From IMG/VR virus record IMGVR_UViG_3300028833_000066: DNA of 64,000 nt. One strand, written 5' to 3'. Source of the stretch: a virus (taxonomy: Duplodnaviria > Caudoviricetes). Under the pieces are notes generated by a model. It saw only the letters and a program-made list of their open reading frames with translations, made no database searches and had not been told where the DNA came from. Positions 47,974 through 57,387 of the stretch are shown piece by piece. Numbering within the stretch: position 1 is the first letter of the stretch; every line of letters begins with the position of its first letter. The translations under genes were made by a program, and so were the position numbers.

Positions 47974-48807
47974 TTATTTTATAAAACCACGAATAGTAGG
48001 ATTGTTTAATCCGCCACAATTCTGCCATCCAATAGAAATTCTAATCTTTCCTGCGTACATACCTAATTTTTGTCTCTTAGTCATTGATACTTTTCCGTCA
48101 CCATAAAGATTCATTAAATCTTGTTTTGTATAAACATCCTGAATTGTACTTTTGCCATAACAAAAAACAATTAATTTATCAGGAATTTGTTTATTACAAA
48201 TACCTTTAGTAACAGTATCCATAACAAATTGTTTTTCAATTTGAGGATTATTTTTTAAATATTCAAAAAAATCTTTAGTGAATTTCATTCGTACTTTTGC
48301 TTCAAGCTTACTATAATCTTTATACCATTTGGCATCATTACTGTTAATAGATTTAGCTATTTTTTGACTGACTGGCGATTCATTTTCATAACTAACTTTA
48401 TCTCCTAAATGTTCTACTAAAATGTCATATAAATGATATTCAATCATATACTCTTTATGTGTTTTAGCAAATCCATACCTATCTCTAGTATTAAATAAAG
48501 TTGTATTGAACCAAGTCCCTTTTCCGCTACTTTCTATATATTTTACTTCAATAATTTCATTATTAATAATAAGGTCGCCATCAGCGTTATTAGTTTTATT
48601 ACCAATCCAAGTAATAGTAATAATTTCACCATAACGCTTTTCATATTGTTCAATAAAGATAGCCGCATTTGTTAAAATTTGACGCCAATCCAGATCGGTA
48701 ATATGTTCTGGATAAGGATTATCCTTTGGTAAATGTTTTTTAACCATTACGATCGCCTGTTCAAATCCCTTACCATACCACTGATTATCTGTTTTTTTAT
48801 TAGCCAT
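47974..48807 (-). CDS. Putative PD-(D/E)xK restriction-type endonuclease
   Basis: GKGFEQ...ADGDLIINNEIIEVKY candidate catalytic motif; directly upstream of the MTase. No TAG. Confidence 0.55.
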   Translation of the reverse strand: MANKKTDNQWYGKGFEQAIVMVKKHLPKDNPYPEHITDLDWRQILTNAAIFIEQYEKRYGEIITITWIGNKTNNADGDLIINNEIIEVKYIESSGKGTWFNTTLFNTRDRYGFAKTHKEYMIEYHLYDILVEHLGDKVSYENESPVSQKIAKSINSNDAKWYKDYSKLEAKVRMKFTKDFFEYLKNNPQIEKQFVMDTVTKGICNKQIPDKLIVFCYGKSTIQDVYTKQDLMNLYGDGKVSMTKRQKLGMYAGKIRISIGWQNCGGLNNPTIRGFIK

Positions 48808-48862
48808 AAATTTTATCCTTTCATATCACCTATTTATAATACTAAAATCAATATAATTATTG

Positions 48863-49042
48863 TCAATATTTATGTATAAACCAAATAATTATACCAATAC
48901 TAATTACAAGAGAAATCCATATAGGTGAAAGCACCCAAAGCCATGACCATTCTATAACATGGCAGAGCTTCAATACAATAAAAACTATTGTAAGTAGGCC
49001 AGTAAAACCAATGCCGCCACTAGTAGAATTATTTTTATTCAT
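48863..49042 (-). CDS. Small membrane protein, absent from the ORF track
   Basis: GGIGFTGLLTIVFIVLKLCHVIEWSWLWVLSPIWI, a pattern common in phage membrane proteins; SD AAGGAGAG. Confidence 0.75.
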   Translation of the reverse strand: MNKNNSTSGGIGFTGLLTIVFIVLKLCHVIEWSWLWVLSPIWISLVISIGIIIWFIHKY

Positions 49043-49067
49043 CTTATTTCTCTCCTTTTATAAAAAT

Positions 49068-49096
49068 ATTATATTATAAATTTTGAAATAAGTCAA
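49068..49096 (-). promoter_or_regulatory. Sigma-A promoter
   Basis: TTGACT-N17-TATAAT. Confidence 0.65.
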
Positions 49097-49431
49097 TTGT
49101 TATTAAAAATTTTTTTCATAAAATCATTACAAATTAATATACAATAATTATCTAAATTAATATTATCTAACATTTCAATTAACTTAGTATTCTCTTCTTC
49201 TGTTTTATTAGTTAATATTAATAAATGTTTATTTTCTTTAAATCTTATAGTAAACCAATATTCTATGGCCCGACTTAGCTCTTCTAATGAAGTGGTTTGT
49301 GGAATCATTAATGAATTAATAAATATTTCATCACTATAATTGACTTTTATAAATGAAGGATATTTTTCACAAATAGTGTTAGCTATTACCCAGCCATGTG
49401 GTTCTGTAATTTTTAAAATTATAAGTTTCAT
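49093..49431 (-). CDS. Hypothetical protein
   Basis: ORF track; follows gyrB. Confidence 0.55.
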   Translation of the reverse strand: MKLIILKITEPHGWVIANTICEKYPSFIKVNYSDEIFINSLMIPQTTSLEELSRAIEYWFTIRFKENKHLLILTNKTEEENTKLIEMLDNINLDNYCILICNDFMKKIFNNN

Positions 49432-49435
49432 AATT

Positions 49436-51295
49436 TTACCTATTTATAACACTAAAGTCCACATTATCAAACAAGAACTGTCTTCTTCCTTCAACTTCTG
49501 GGCCCATAAGCATTTGAATACTTTTAGCCGCGAGTTCAACATCGTAAATTGAAAGAATTTCAAGACGCCGTTCAGTTGGATGAAGCATTGAATGTTCCAT
49601 ATCATCCGCGGAGAGTTCTCCCAAGCCCTTTGCGCGCGTGATCTCCCAACTCTCTCGTCCCTGCCTTATTTTCGCAAGCTCTTCATCATTATAAGCAAAT
49701 AGTTTATTATTACCCTTCTCAATCTTATAAAGAGGAGCTCGAAGCCAACAAAGTCTATTTTCAAGAATAAATTTTGGCATAAGGACATAGAACATTGTAG
49801 AGATCAGGCACATAATAGAATAGCCATCAACATCACCATCAGTTGCGATAGCTACTTTTCCATAATTAAGCTTTCGGCTATTGTACTTATCTTGAATACC
49901 ACAGCCAAGCGCCATAATGATGTCACTGATTTCTTGGTTCTCAAGACATTCATCAAGTGGATGTTTTAGAAGATTCTTTACTTTACCGCGCACGGCATAG
50001 AGTGCTTCCTTATTAACATCGCGCGCGGGCATTAAGCCGCCAAGTGCTGAATTACCCTCGCAGATAATTAGCATTGAGTCTTGGCCGTGCTTTTCGCAAT
50101 CTTTAAACTTATCAGAAGAAGTAATCTTTTGTTTCTTCTGCTCAGTTTCTTTCTTCTCAAGATTAAGAACCGCATTACGTGCGCGTTCTGCTGCGGCTTC
50201 TGCTTTCTCTACCTTTTTCAGCATTTCTACAATAGTAGTAAATTCTGAAGGATATTTTACATACATATCCTTTAGAGCGTTAGTGAAAGCAGTAGTTGCA
50301 AGAGTACGAAGTGATGAGTTGTTAATTTTAGTCTTGGTTTGGTTAGCAAATGAAGGATTTTCTACTTTACAATTAATTACGTAAAATAAATTATTACGAA
50401 TATATTCACCATCAAAATCTTGACCAGATAGTGAATTAAATGTCTTTGTAATAGCACTACGTGCGCCGGTTACTGGAGTTCCAAGTTCTGGACAACGAAG
50501 ACCATTTACAAAAACATATGGCATTTCACGACGGCTGCCCCATTGAAAAGCAATTTCTACTTGGTCAGTACCATCGGTTGCTGAACTGGTGATAATATGC
50601 TTTTGAAGAGGCTTCGTTACTTGTTCAGCTACGAAGTCTACAATACCATTTTTAGCACAATATGTCTTTGTATCATTTCCATTAGAAACTACAAATTCAA
50701 TTCCTGGATATAGATAAGAAATATCCTGAATATCACGGCAAATACGACTATAAGAATAACCAATAGGTCCGTTAGAAAATACTTCCGGGTCTGGAATAAA
50801 TTCAATAAAAGTTCCGGTAGTTTTTACCGTAGTGCGAACTTCTTTATAATCTTTAAGGTCTCCCTTTTGAAAATAGGCAATCGCGCACTTTCCGTCACGA
50901 TAGCTTTTTACAGTAAATTCTGCGGCTGAAAGGCATACGCAGCTACCTCCGATGCCATTAAGACCCGAAGCATTTTTGTAAGCATCGTGAGAAAACTTGC
51001 CGCCAGTATGAGATTGAGTATAAATAGAAACAAGTACATTCTCACCATTTTCACGGATACCAAACGGGCAGCCGCGGCCATAGTCACGAACTGCTACTCT
51101 ATTCATGCTCTCATCAAGAGTAATTTCAATTTTCTTACCGTATCCGGCGAGAGCTTCATCAGTACTATTGTTGATGATTTCTTTAAGGGCCTGATACGTG
51201 CCTTCAATATCATCTGATCCCAAATACATCTGAATACGCTGTCTTACCCCTTCTTTAAAAGTAAGACTTTCAATTGAATTAATATCATAAGCCAC
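49436..51295 (-). CDS. gyrB: Type IIA topoisomerase subunit B (GyrB/ParE-like)
   Basis: EIINNSTDE, DYGRG, HTGGKF, GLNGIG, CEGNSA, VRGKVKN, TDGDVDG, KGLGE. No TAG. Confidence 0.93.
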   Translation of the reverse strand: MAYDINSIESLTFKEGVRQRIQMYLGSDDIEGTYQALKEIINNSTDEALAGYGKKIEITLDESMNRVAVRDYGRGCPFGIRENGENVLVSIYTQSHTGGKFSHDAYKNASGLNGIGGSCVCLSAAEFTVKSYRDGKCAIAYFQKGDLKDYKEVRTTVKTTGTFIEFIPDPEVFSNGPIGYSYSRICRDIQDISYLYPGIEFVVSNGNDTKTYCAKNGIVDFVAEQVTKPLQKHIITSSATDGTDQVEIAFQWGSRREMPYVFVNGLRCPELGTPVTGARSAITKTFNSLSGQDFDGEYIRNNLFYVINCKVENPSFANQTKTKINNSSLRTLATTAFTNALKDMYVKYPSEFTTIVEMLKKVEKAEAAAERARNAVLNLEKKETEQKKQKITSSDKFKDCEKHGQDSMLIICEGNSALGGLMPARDVNKEALYAVRGKVKNLLKHPLDECLENQEISDIIMALGCGIQDKYNSRKLNYGKVAIATDGDVDGYSIMCLISTMFYVLMPKFILENRLCWLRAPLYKIEKGNNKLFAYNDEELAKIRQGRESWEITRAKGLGELSADDMEHSMLHPTERRLEILSIYDVELAAKSIQMLMGPEVEGRRQFLFDNVDFSVINR

Positions 51296-51324
51296 TTTAT
51301 CAGCCTCCTTTTCCTTATAATTAT

Positions 51325-51352
51325 ATTATACCATAAGTTAGAAAAAAGTCAA
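51325..51352 (-). promoter_or_regulatory. Sigma-A promoter for gyrB
   Basis: TTGACT-N16-TATAAT with extended TG. Confidence 0.65.
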
Positions 51353-51355
51353 GTT

Positions 51356-51541
51356 TTAATTACTTGACTTTTTACTTTCATCAATTCTATAAACTTCATT
51401 ACCAATAATAAGAATAATTTCTTGATTCATAGCAGCAGAGAAGCGTTCTAAAATATTGTTTAGTTCATCAACATCTTTCTCAATTGCTTCTACATCTGTT
51501 TCGAGTGTATAATTAATTTTTATATATGGATATTTATTCAT
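51356..51541 (-). CDS. Hypothetical protein
   Basis: ORF track; coupled to the upstream gene. Confidence 0.55.
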   Translation of the reverse strand: MNKYPYIKINYTLETDVEAIEKDVDELNNILERFSAAMNQEIILIIGNEVYRIDESKKSSN

Positions 51542-51912
51542 TCCTCATTCCTCCAATTATCTTTTACATAAGTATATAATACGCTATTTAGTATATAGCA
51601 GCGGATTAAGCTATCTAATGTTTTAGGTAGATTTTCTTTGTCTAAATGATGATAATTAGTATCAAAATCAAAGTCATAAATTGCTTCAAATAATATATCT
51701 AAATTATGACACAAATATTCTTCACAATTAGAATTAGTATCATAACCGAAACCGCCATTGCCGGTTATAGAATCTTCGCTCCATAATTCTTCTTCTAATT
51801 TTTCTGTAATATCCTCAATATCATCACCATATTCAGACAAATCAATATTATTATCTTTTACATAATCAGCAATATCATCATACATGGCAGTATAATAATC
51901 ATATTTTCCCAT
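51538..51912 (-). CDS. Acidic hypothetical phage protein
   Basis: ORF track; LWSEDSITGNG...IRCYIL. Confidence 0.65.
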   Translation of the reverse strand: MGKYDYYTAMYDDIADYVKDNNIDLSEYGDDIEDITEKLEEELWSEDSITGNGGFGYDTNSNCEEYLCHNLDILFEAIYDFDFDTNYHHLDKENLPKTLDSLIRCYILNSVLYTYVKDNWRNEE

Positions 51913-51915
51913 AAA

Positions 51916-52308
51916 TTACCATCCTTCACTATACGTAATATTTTCTTTTTCGCCGCAAGCTTGACATACAGCAGTATAACAACAACCAATGCCTGTACCA
52001 TAAGGAATTATATATGGCATTTTTCCGCCGTCTACGTTTGCTAATAAGCGACATTTTTCATGTTTCTTGCAAAATGCTAGCCATCGTTCTTTTTCTTGTG
52101 GAAAATCAAACATGCCATAAACTAGTGAAAAATTATTCTTTAATCGTTTAATTTCTTCCTGATTTTTTTGTTCTGCGGCGGCATCAATTTCTGCTCGCGT
52201 TTTGGCCGCGAATTTTTCAGCTTGTTCTGCACGAGCCTGATAGTGCTCCATAATTTCCTGAACTTGTTGAGCAAATGTTTGAGGTGTATATTGAGTAGGA
52301 ATAATCAT
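51916..52308 (-). CDS. Hypothetical protein with C-terminal Cys cluster
   Basis: ORF track; GTGIG..CQACG. Confidence 0.65.
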   Translation of the reverse strand: MIIPTQYTPQTFAQQVQEIMEHYQARAEQAEKFAAKTRAEIDAAAEQKNQEEIKRLKNNFSLVYGMFDFPQEKERWLAFCKKHEKCRLLANVDGGKMPYIIPYGTGIGCCYTAVCQACGEKENITYSEGW

Positions 52309-52309
52309 A

Positions 52310-52594
52310 TTAATCCTCCGTAAATGTTATACCTTGTAAATCTAAACCTTGTCTTTTGGAAAAAGTTTCAAGAAACAGCTCAGCTTTTTGAATATAAAAT
52401 GGCTGCCCAAAATAATAATTGCCATCAATTAGGTCTTGATAATCAATAATATTAACATCATAGAAGCCATAAGCATTTGCCTTCACTTTAAGTGCTTCTT
52501 TATTTTCCGCAAGAACAGTTCCTTGAACTTTATTTGCGGCTTCAAGTAATAGTTTTGTTTTGCCTGTATTGCGGGCGCCAATAATTTTAATCAT
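52310..52594 (-). CDS. Small P-loop-like hypothetical protein
   Basis: IIGARNTGKT at the N-terminus. Confidence 0.6.
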   Translation of the reverse strand: MIKIIGARNTGKTKLLLEAANKVQGTVLAENKEALKVKANAYGFYDVNIIDYQDLIDGNYYFGQPFYIQKAELFLETFSKRQGLDLQGITFTED

Positions 52595-52932
52595 TTTGTT
52601 TCAATCTCCTTTATAATATAAACTTCACTATATGGTAAATGTTCTTCAATTTGATAACCAGCATCATATAATTCAGTTGCTGTATATGATTTATCAAATT
52701 GAACTGTGTATTTATTGTGGCCAGTTGGTATATCTAAAAATGTAAATATTCCAACAATTGCAACTATAAATGCTATACATCCAATAATTAATATATAACA
52801 GCCTATAGTATAATCATTTGCAATAGTAATTCCTATAACAACACATATTATAGCAAATAAAACAATAATTAAACCCCAAATACTCGTCTCTGTTATAGGC
52901 TAAGTTTCAAGTATCGTAATTCCTTCTAACAT
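52591..52932 (-). CDS. Two-helix membrane protein (1 TAG at codon 11), absent from the ORF track
   Basis: SD AAGGAG, MLEGITILET*PIT..., two hydrophobic segments, TGA overlapping the next ATG. Confidence 0.7.
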
Positions 52933-52953
52933 ACATAGACTCCTTTTTCTTTT

Positions 52954-52982
52954 ATTATATCATAATTCTATTATATTGTCAA
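52954..52982 (-). promoter_or_regulatory. Sigma-A promoter
   Basis: TTGACA-N17-TATAAT with extended TG. Confidence 0.75.
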
Positions 52983-52994
52983 GTTTTTATCTAT

Positions 52995-53201
52995 GTTGGC
53001 GGCCGCCAACCATATTTTTATTTAATATTTATATTTTATATTATTATTTATATTTATATTATATTTATATTACTTACACGATTTTCGTGGAGTATCTCAC
53101 GATTTTCGTGGCATATCCACGATTTTTGTCTATACGAATGGCACGATTTTCGTGGCATGCTACCACGATTTTCGTGTCTATCAATGCCACTTTTTTCGTG
53201 G
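52995..53201. repeat. Candidate replication origin: 16-bp palindrome, AT-rich tract and six iterons
   Basis: GTTGGCGGCCGCCAAC at 52995-53010; almost pure A/T at ~53013-53072; CACGATTTTCGTG(G)-type repeats at 53077, 53098, 53118, 53142, 53164 and 53188. Confidence 0.7.
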
Positions 53202-53203
53202 CA

Positions 53204-53605
53204 TCATTCATCCTCACCTTCGTCCCAATCGTTCTTATTTTTTAATGTTTCATAATCAATAGGAAGAACCGGAGTAAAGGTATATACATTAGGTTTACCT
53301 TCTACTGGCTGAATATATCCTTTTGATTCTAATTCTTTTCGTGCGGAAGTAGCACCATTTTCTCCCAAGCCTAACTCTTTACGAATTGCCGCAGGAGAAT
53401 AATAGAACTGAGCGGGTTTACCATACCAACGAAGCAAATATCTCCATACTTTAAAAGTATTACCATTAAGATTACGCATTGCTGCGGCTTCATATTTAAA
53501 ATCAATAGGCTGAATAAATCTATTTTTACTTCCCGCCTTATGAAGTATTTGTTCTAAATTGGTTAAAACCAATTTTAATTGATTGGCATAATTCATATTA
53601 TACAC
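53204..53605 (-). CDS. Winged-HTH protein, candidate replication initiator
   Basis: LNGNTFKVWRYL...YSPAAIRKELGLGENGATSARKELESKGYI..NVYTF resembles phage initiator N-terminal HTH domains; its stop abuts the iterons. Confidence 0.6.
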   Translation of the reverse strand: MYNMNYANQLKLVLTNLEQILHKAGSKNRFIQPIDFKYEAAAMRNLNGNTFKVWRYLLRWYGKPAQFYYSPAAIRKELGLGENGATSARKELESKGYIQPVEGKPNVYTFTPVLPIDYETLKNKNDWDEGEDE

Positions 53606-53631
53606 CTCGTTTATTTGTTTATATGTTTAGA

Positions 53632-53805
53632 TTATTTCTTTTTTGTAATTAATGGGTGTAATGCTTCTCTAAATTCTACGCTATCTTCAAAGTAATATAC
53701 CATGTATCGTGGGTCTTTATGGTTTTTATCCATTTTCACAACTTTAAATCCTTGCTTTTCTAATTCGTTTGCTACTTTCATATTAAATACAGCATAAAGC
53801 GCCAT
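53632..53805 (-). CDS. Small DUF5659-like protein, absent from the ORF track
   Basis: MALYAVFNMKVANELEKQGFKVVKMDKNHKDPRYMVYYFEDS; family recalled, not searched. Confidence 0.65.
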   Translation of the reverse strand: MALYAVFNMKVANELEKQGFKVVKMDKNHKDPRYMVYYFEDSVEFREALHPLITKKK

Positions 53806-53807
53806 AA

Positions 53808-54002
53808 TTACTCCTCCATTAGTTTTTCTATTTTTTCCAATAAATAAATAGATGGATTGGTTTTTCCATTAATAACTTTATTAAGATGCGAACGAGAAAT
53901 ATTTAATATCTCTGCGACTTCTTGCTGCGTATATCCTTTAATTCGCATCCAATTAATAAAATTATCACATATTTCTTTTATATTGTTATATGTTTGTGTC
54001 AT
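53808..54002 (-). CDS. XRE/Cro-family HTH regulator
   Basis: TQQEVAEILNISRSHLNKVINGKTNPS. Confidence 0.85.
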   Translation of the reverse strand: MTQTYNNIKEICDNFINWMRIKGYTQQEVAEILNISRSHLNKVINGKTNPSIYLLEKIEKLMEE

Positions 54003-54026
54003 TCAATCACACATCTCCTGTATAAA

Positions 54027-54059
54027 GAAATTACTTATCTTCAACAGATAGGTAATTTC
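54027..54059. promoter_or_regulatory. Inverted repeat upstream of the XRE gene (operator or terminator)
   Basis: GAAATTACTTATCT-TCAAC-AGATAGGTAATTTC. Confidence 0.45.
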
Positions 54060-54073
54060 ATTAGCGTCAAACT

Positions 54074-54448
54074 TTAATAATCTCCACCAAACAAGAAGAC
54101 CATTCCTGCTTCGGTTGCTCGATCATAGTTATACAAAATTTCGCACAAATCTGCAACAGTATCAAAAGAGTAGAAATAATCCTTTTCGTGAGTGGCAATA
54201 TAAATCATTTCTTCAATATCATCCTTAGTTAGCGGGGCACTCCAATCACCATTTTCAAGGTTAAACCGCCGACACATTGGGGTATAAAGACTCCAGAATT
54301 TACGTGCGTAGTACACTTCACTTGGCACAGTAAAATCAATATAACCGTCTTCATCCTTTACCCAACCAGTATGGCACTCATTCCAAAAGTTTTCATCCTG
54401 AACCTGCTGTCGATTTTTAGCCATTACGATATGTACATCCAAACCCAT
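54074..54448 (-). CDS. Hypothetical phage protein (MGLD.. family)
   Basis: MGLDVHI..EVYYARKFW. Confidence 0.7.
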   Translation of the reverse strand: MGLDVHIVMAKNRQQVQDENFWNECHTGWVKDEDGYIDFTVPSEVYYARKFWSLYTPMCRRFNLENGDWSAPLTKDDIEEMIYIATHEKDYFYSFDTVADLCEILYNYDRATEAGMVFLFGGDY

Positions 54449-54464
54449 AATTTATTTCTCCTTT

Positions 54465-54707
54465 TTATATAGCATAGTAACAATTTCCATGGTCTTTAAA
54501 CCAGTAATGTTTTACGAGTCCAAGCTTTTCCATTTCGGACATTTCTCTTTTAGTAGTATGAATATTTCCAAATAGTTCTATCTGTTTACAATTATAATGT
54601 GGAAATACACCATTTTCTAATCTGTCCATACCAATTGGGCAAAAGTTGGGTTCTTTTAGATGATGATATTTAAGAAAATTATAAATTAATGTTTGGTGTT
54701 CTGTCAT
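54465..54707 (-). CDS. Hypothetical protein
   Basis: ORF track; has an SD and its own promoter. Confidence 0.6.
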   Translation of the reverse strand: MTEHQTLIYNFLKYHHLKEPNFCPIGMDRLENGVFPHYNCKQIELFGNIHTTKREMSEMEKLGLVKHYWFKDHGNCYYAI

Positions 54708-54737
54708 AATAAGCTCCTTTCTTTTCTTTCTATATAT

Positions 54738-54793
54738 ATTATACTTGAAATTTAAAAAAAGTCAAATAAGAGGAGTTGAAATTTCAACTCCTC
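54738..54793 (-). promoter_or_regulatory. Terminator hairpin followed by a sigma-A promoter
   Basis: GAGGAGTTGAA-AT-TTCAACTCCTC, then TTGACT-N16-TATAAT. Confidence 0.65.
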
Positions 54794-54797
54794 AATT

Positions 54798-56108
54798 TTA
54801 AGCCACAATATACATTACTACAAATAATGCCGCCAAGAAATACATTAGAACTGGAATTTCCTTAAACTTGCCGCGAACAGCTTTTAAGAGAACATAAGAA
54901 ATTAGTCCAAATCCAATACCATCACTAATTGAATAAGAGAACGGCATCATTGCGATTGTTAAGAATGCTGGAATAGCAATTTCCATATCGTTCCAATCAA
55001 TATACTTGACATTCTTCATCATAAAGATACCAACAATAATTAGAGCAGGAGCAGTTGCTGCGGATGGAACAATACCAGCAATAGGAGCAAATAAACAAGC
55101 TAGTGCAAATAGTAATCCAGTTACTACAGAAGCAAGACCAGTACGAGCACCAGCGGCAACACCAGTAGAACTTTCAACAAATGTAGTAACGGTACTTGTA
55201 CCAAGTAGTGATCCACCAACGGTAGCCAGAGCATCAGCAGTAAGAGCACGAGACATATCCTTGCTCTTCATATTACCGTTTTCATCTAACATATCACAGC
55301 CGGCCGCACATCCAGTAAGAGTGCCAACAGTATCAAAGCAATCACACATACATAGGGTTAAAATAGATGTAATTAGCGGGAAAATACCGAGGGCGGTTAG
55401 TCCAGTAAATGAAAGCTGGAAGAATGTTGGTGCAAGTGAGAGATTTTCAAAATTTAAAGATACAGCTGTATTAGTTACACCAAGAGGAATACCAATTAGG
55501 GTAGTGGCAATGATAGAATAGAGAATTGCACCCCGCACTTTAAATACAAGTAGGATAGCAGTAATAGCTAGGCCAATTAGGGTGAGTAATGGTGCTCCCG
55601 ATGTAATTGAGCCAAGGTCAAGTAGATTGTTGTTTGCGGTAACAATGCCAGCATTGATAAGACCAATTAAGGCAATAAAGAGACCAATGCCTACACTAAT
55701 AGCACGCTTTAACTGGGCTGGAATAGCTTCAATAATCTTATGACGAAGTGGTGAAAGAGTAATAAGAAGGAAAACGCAGCCGCTGATAAATGTAATAGCT
55801 AGACACTGCTGCCATGTATAGCCAATCTTCATACATAGAGTATAAGTGAATAAAGCATTAATACCAAGGCCAGGAGCCTGTGCGAATGGTACATTAGCCA
55901 TAAAGGCAGTTAGCAATGTACCTACTGCCGCACTAATACAAGTAGCTAGAGTTAGAGCAGTATAATCCATTCCGGTTACGCCTAGAATGGATGGATTAAC
56001 AAAGATAATATAGGCCATTGCCATAAAGGTTACTAGGCCGCCAATAACCTCGCGGCCAAATGTAGAACCACGTTCAGTGATATGAAAATGCTTATCTAAA
56101 AATTTCAT
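54798..56108 (-). CDS. NCS2/AzgA-family purine (adenine/guanine/hypoxanthine) permease
   Basis: TFMAMAYIIFVNPSIL, APGLGINALF, FDTVGTL, TTFVESSTGVAAGARTG, PFSYSISDGIG. No TAG. Confidence 0.92.
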   Translation of the reverse strand: MKFLDKHFHITERGSTFGREVIGGLVTFMAMAYIIFVNPSILGVTGMDYTALTLATCISAAVGTLLTAFMANVPFAQAPGLGINALFTYTLCMKIGYTWQQCLAITFISGCVFLLITLSPLRHKIIEAIPAQLKRAISVGIGLFIALIGLINAGIVTANNNLLDLGSITSGAPLLTLIGLAITAILLVFKVRGAILYSIIATTLIGIPLGVTNTAVSLNFENLSLAPTFFQLSFTGLTALGIFPLITSILTLCMCDCFDTVGTLTGCAAGCDMLDENGNMKSKDMSRALTADALATVGGSLLGTSTVTTFVESSTGVAAGARTGLASVVTGLLFALACLFAPIAGIVPSAATAPALIIVGIFMMKNVKYIDWNDMEIAIPAFLTIAMMPFSYSISDGIGFGLISYVLLKAVRGKFKEIPVLMYFLAALFVVMYIVA

Positions 56109-57382
56109 AGATTAGTCTCCTTTTTATTCTTTAGAATTAGATTTAGAATAATACCTACAAACATAGCGAGAGCAGTAGTACCGATACTGATAATCCCAAA
56201 ATTACATACAACACCAGAAACACCAATGGTTAAAATTGAGGCGATAATAGTTACAACCTTATTATCGTTAAGATCAAGATTACTATCTTTAATAGTCCTT
56301 ATACCAGAAAGAGTGATGTATCCATAAAGAATAGCCGCACAGCCGCCAAAAATAGCTGAAGGTAATGATACAAGCAAAGCCTGTAGCGGGCCGAAGAAAG
56401 CTGCTACACCCATAATAATTGCCGCTAGTGTAATTACATACTTAGAGCAAATTTTACTGAAGCCAGTTGTGCCTACACTTTCGCCATAAGAAGTATTAGG
56501 AATAGAGCCAATTAGAGTGCCGAAAGCAGTAGCAATACCGTCACCAATTAGAGTATGACCTACGCCTGGATTTTGAGTTAGATCAGTACCAATAACTGCG
56601 CTTAAAGCCTTATGGTCTGAAATATGCTCACATAGGCATACGAGAGATAGAGGCGCAAATAGTAGTAGAATCTGTGGCATTAATCCCCAATCAAAGTTCG
56701 CAAAGTCAAGATGGAAGAATGCGAAGTCTGGCATCTGGAAAATCTGGAGATTACGGAAAGGTTCAAAATTAACAATTGGAATACCGCAGAGTGTAAGAAT
56801 TACGGATAGCCCATATACAATGAAAATTGAAAATAGGAATGGTAGATTTTTAACAAATCCTTTTCCATAGTGAGAAATTAGTGCAGTGATAATTAGAGTT
56901 AGCATACCAAGCCCAAATCCAATTAGACTGTATTCGCCATTTACTTGGAAATAGGTTGGTAGGAAAGTGGCTAGGTTTAGACCAATTACCATAACAACTG
57001 GACCAATAACATATGGCGGCAGAAGCTTATTAATCCAAGCTGTTCCACACTTGTTAATTACTAGACCAACGATACAATAGATAAGGCATACAATAACGCC
57101 ACCGATTAGAACCGCTGTAAAGTTAGGTGCTGTTCCAAGTGTCAAGGCGCCAATTACTGCGGCAACAAATCCACCTGAAGAACTGATAAACATAGGGCTT
57201 TGGCCGCGAGTACATAGCTGATAAATCAAAGTACCAATTGCTGCGCCCACCATTGCCGGGGCAATAGGAACGCCGCAAATTGAAGGGATAAGAACAGTAG
57301 CAACGAAACAAGCAATAACCTGCTGGAATGCGGCAACAATTAGCCGCTTAAATGGAAGTCTATCATTAATATTATAAAGCAT
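56105..57382 (-). CDS. NCS2 uracil/xanthine permease (UraA/PyrP-like)
   Basis: QQVIACFVATVLIP, PPYVIGPVVMVIGL, EHISDH, GDGIAT, PNTSYGES. No TAG. Confidence 0.9.
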   Translation of the reverse strand: MLYNINDRLPFKRLIVAAFQQVIACFVATVLIPSICGVPIAPAMVGAAIGTLIYQLCTRGQSPMFISSSGGFVAAVIGALTLGTAPNFTAVLIGGVIVCLIYCIVGLVINKCGTAWINKLLPPYVIGPVVMVIGLNLATFLPTYFQVNGEYSLIGFGLGMLTLIITALISHYGKGFVKNLPFLFSIFIVYGLSVILTLCGIPIVNFEPFRNLQIFQMPDFAFFHLDFANFDWGLMPQILLLFAPLSLVCLCEHISDHKALSAVIGTDLTQNPGVGHTLIGDGIATAFGTLIGSIPNTSYGESVGTTGFSKICSKYVITLAAIIMGVAAFFGPLQALLVSLPSAIFGGCAAILYGYITLSGIRTIKDSNLDLNDNKVVTIIASILTIGVSGVVCNFGIISIGTTALAMFVGIILNLILKNKKETNL

Positions 57383-57387
57383 ATTAT

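Noticed and set aside
28150-51295. Inteins or introns in nrdD, dnaE, helicase or gyrase genes
   Set aside because: Protein lengths are normal, the ORFs are continuous, and I saw no intein splice or LAGLIDADG motifs.
53077-53201. CRISPR array
   Set aside because: Repeats are 13-14 bp with 7-11 bp gaps, far too short for spacers, and there are no cas genes. Iterons fit better.
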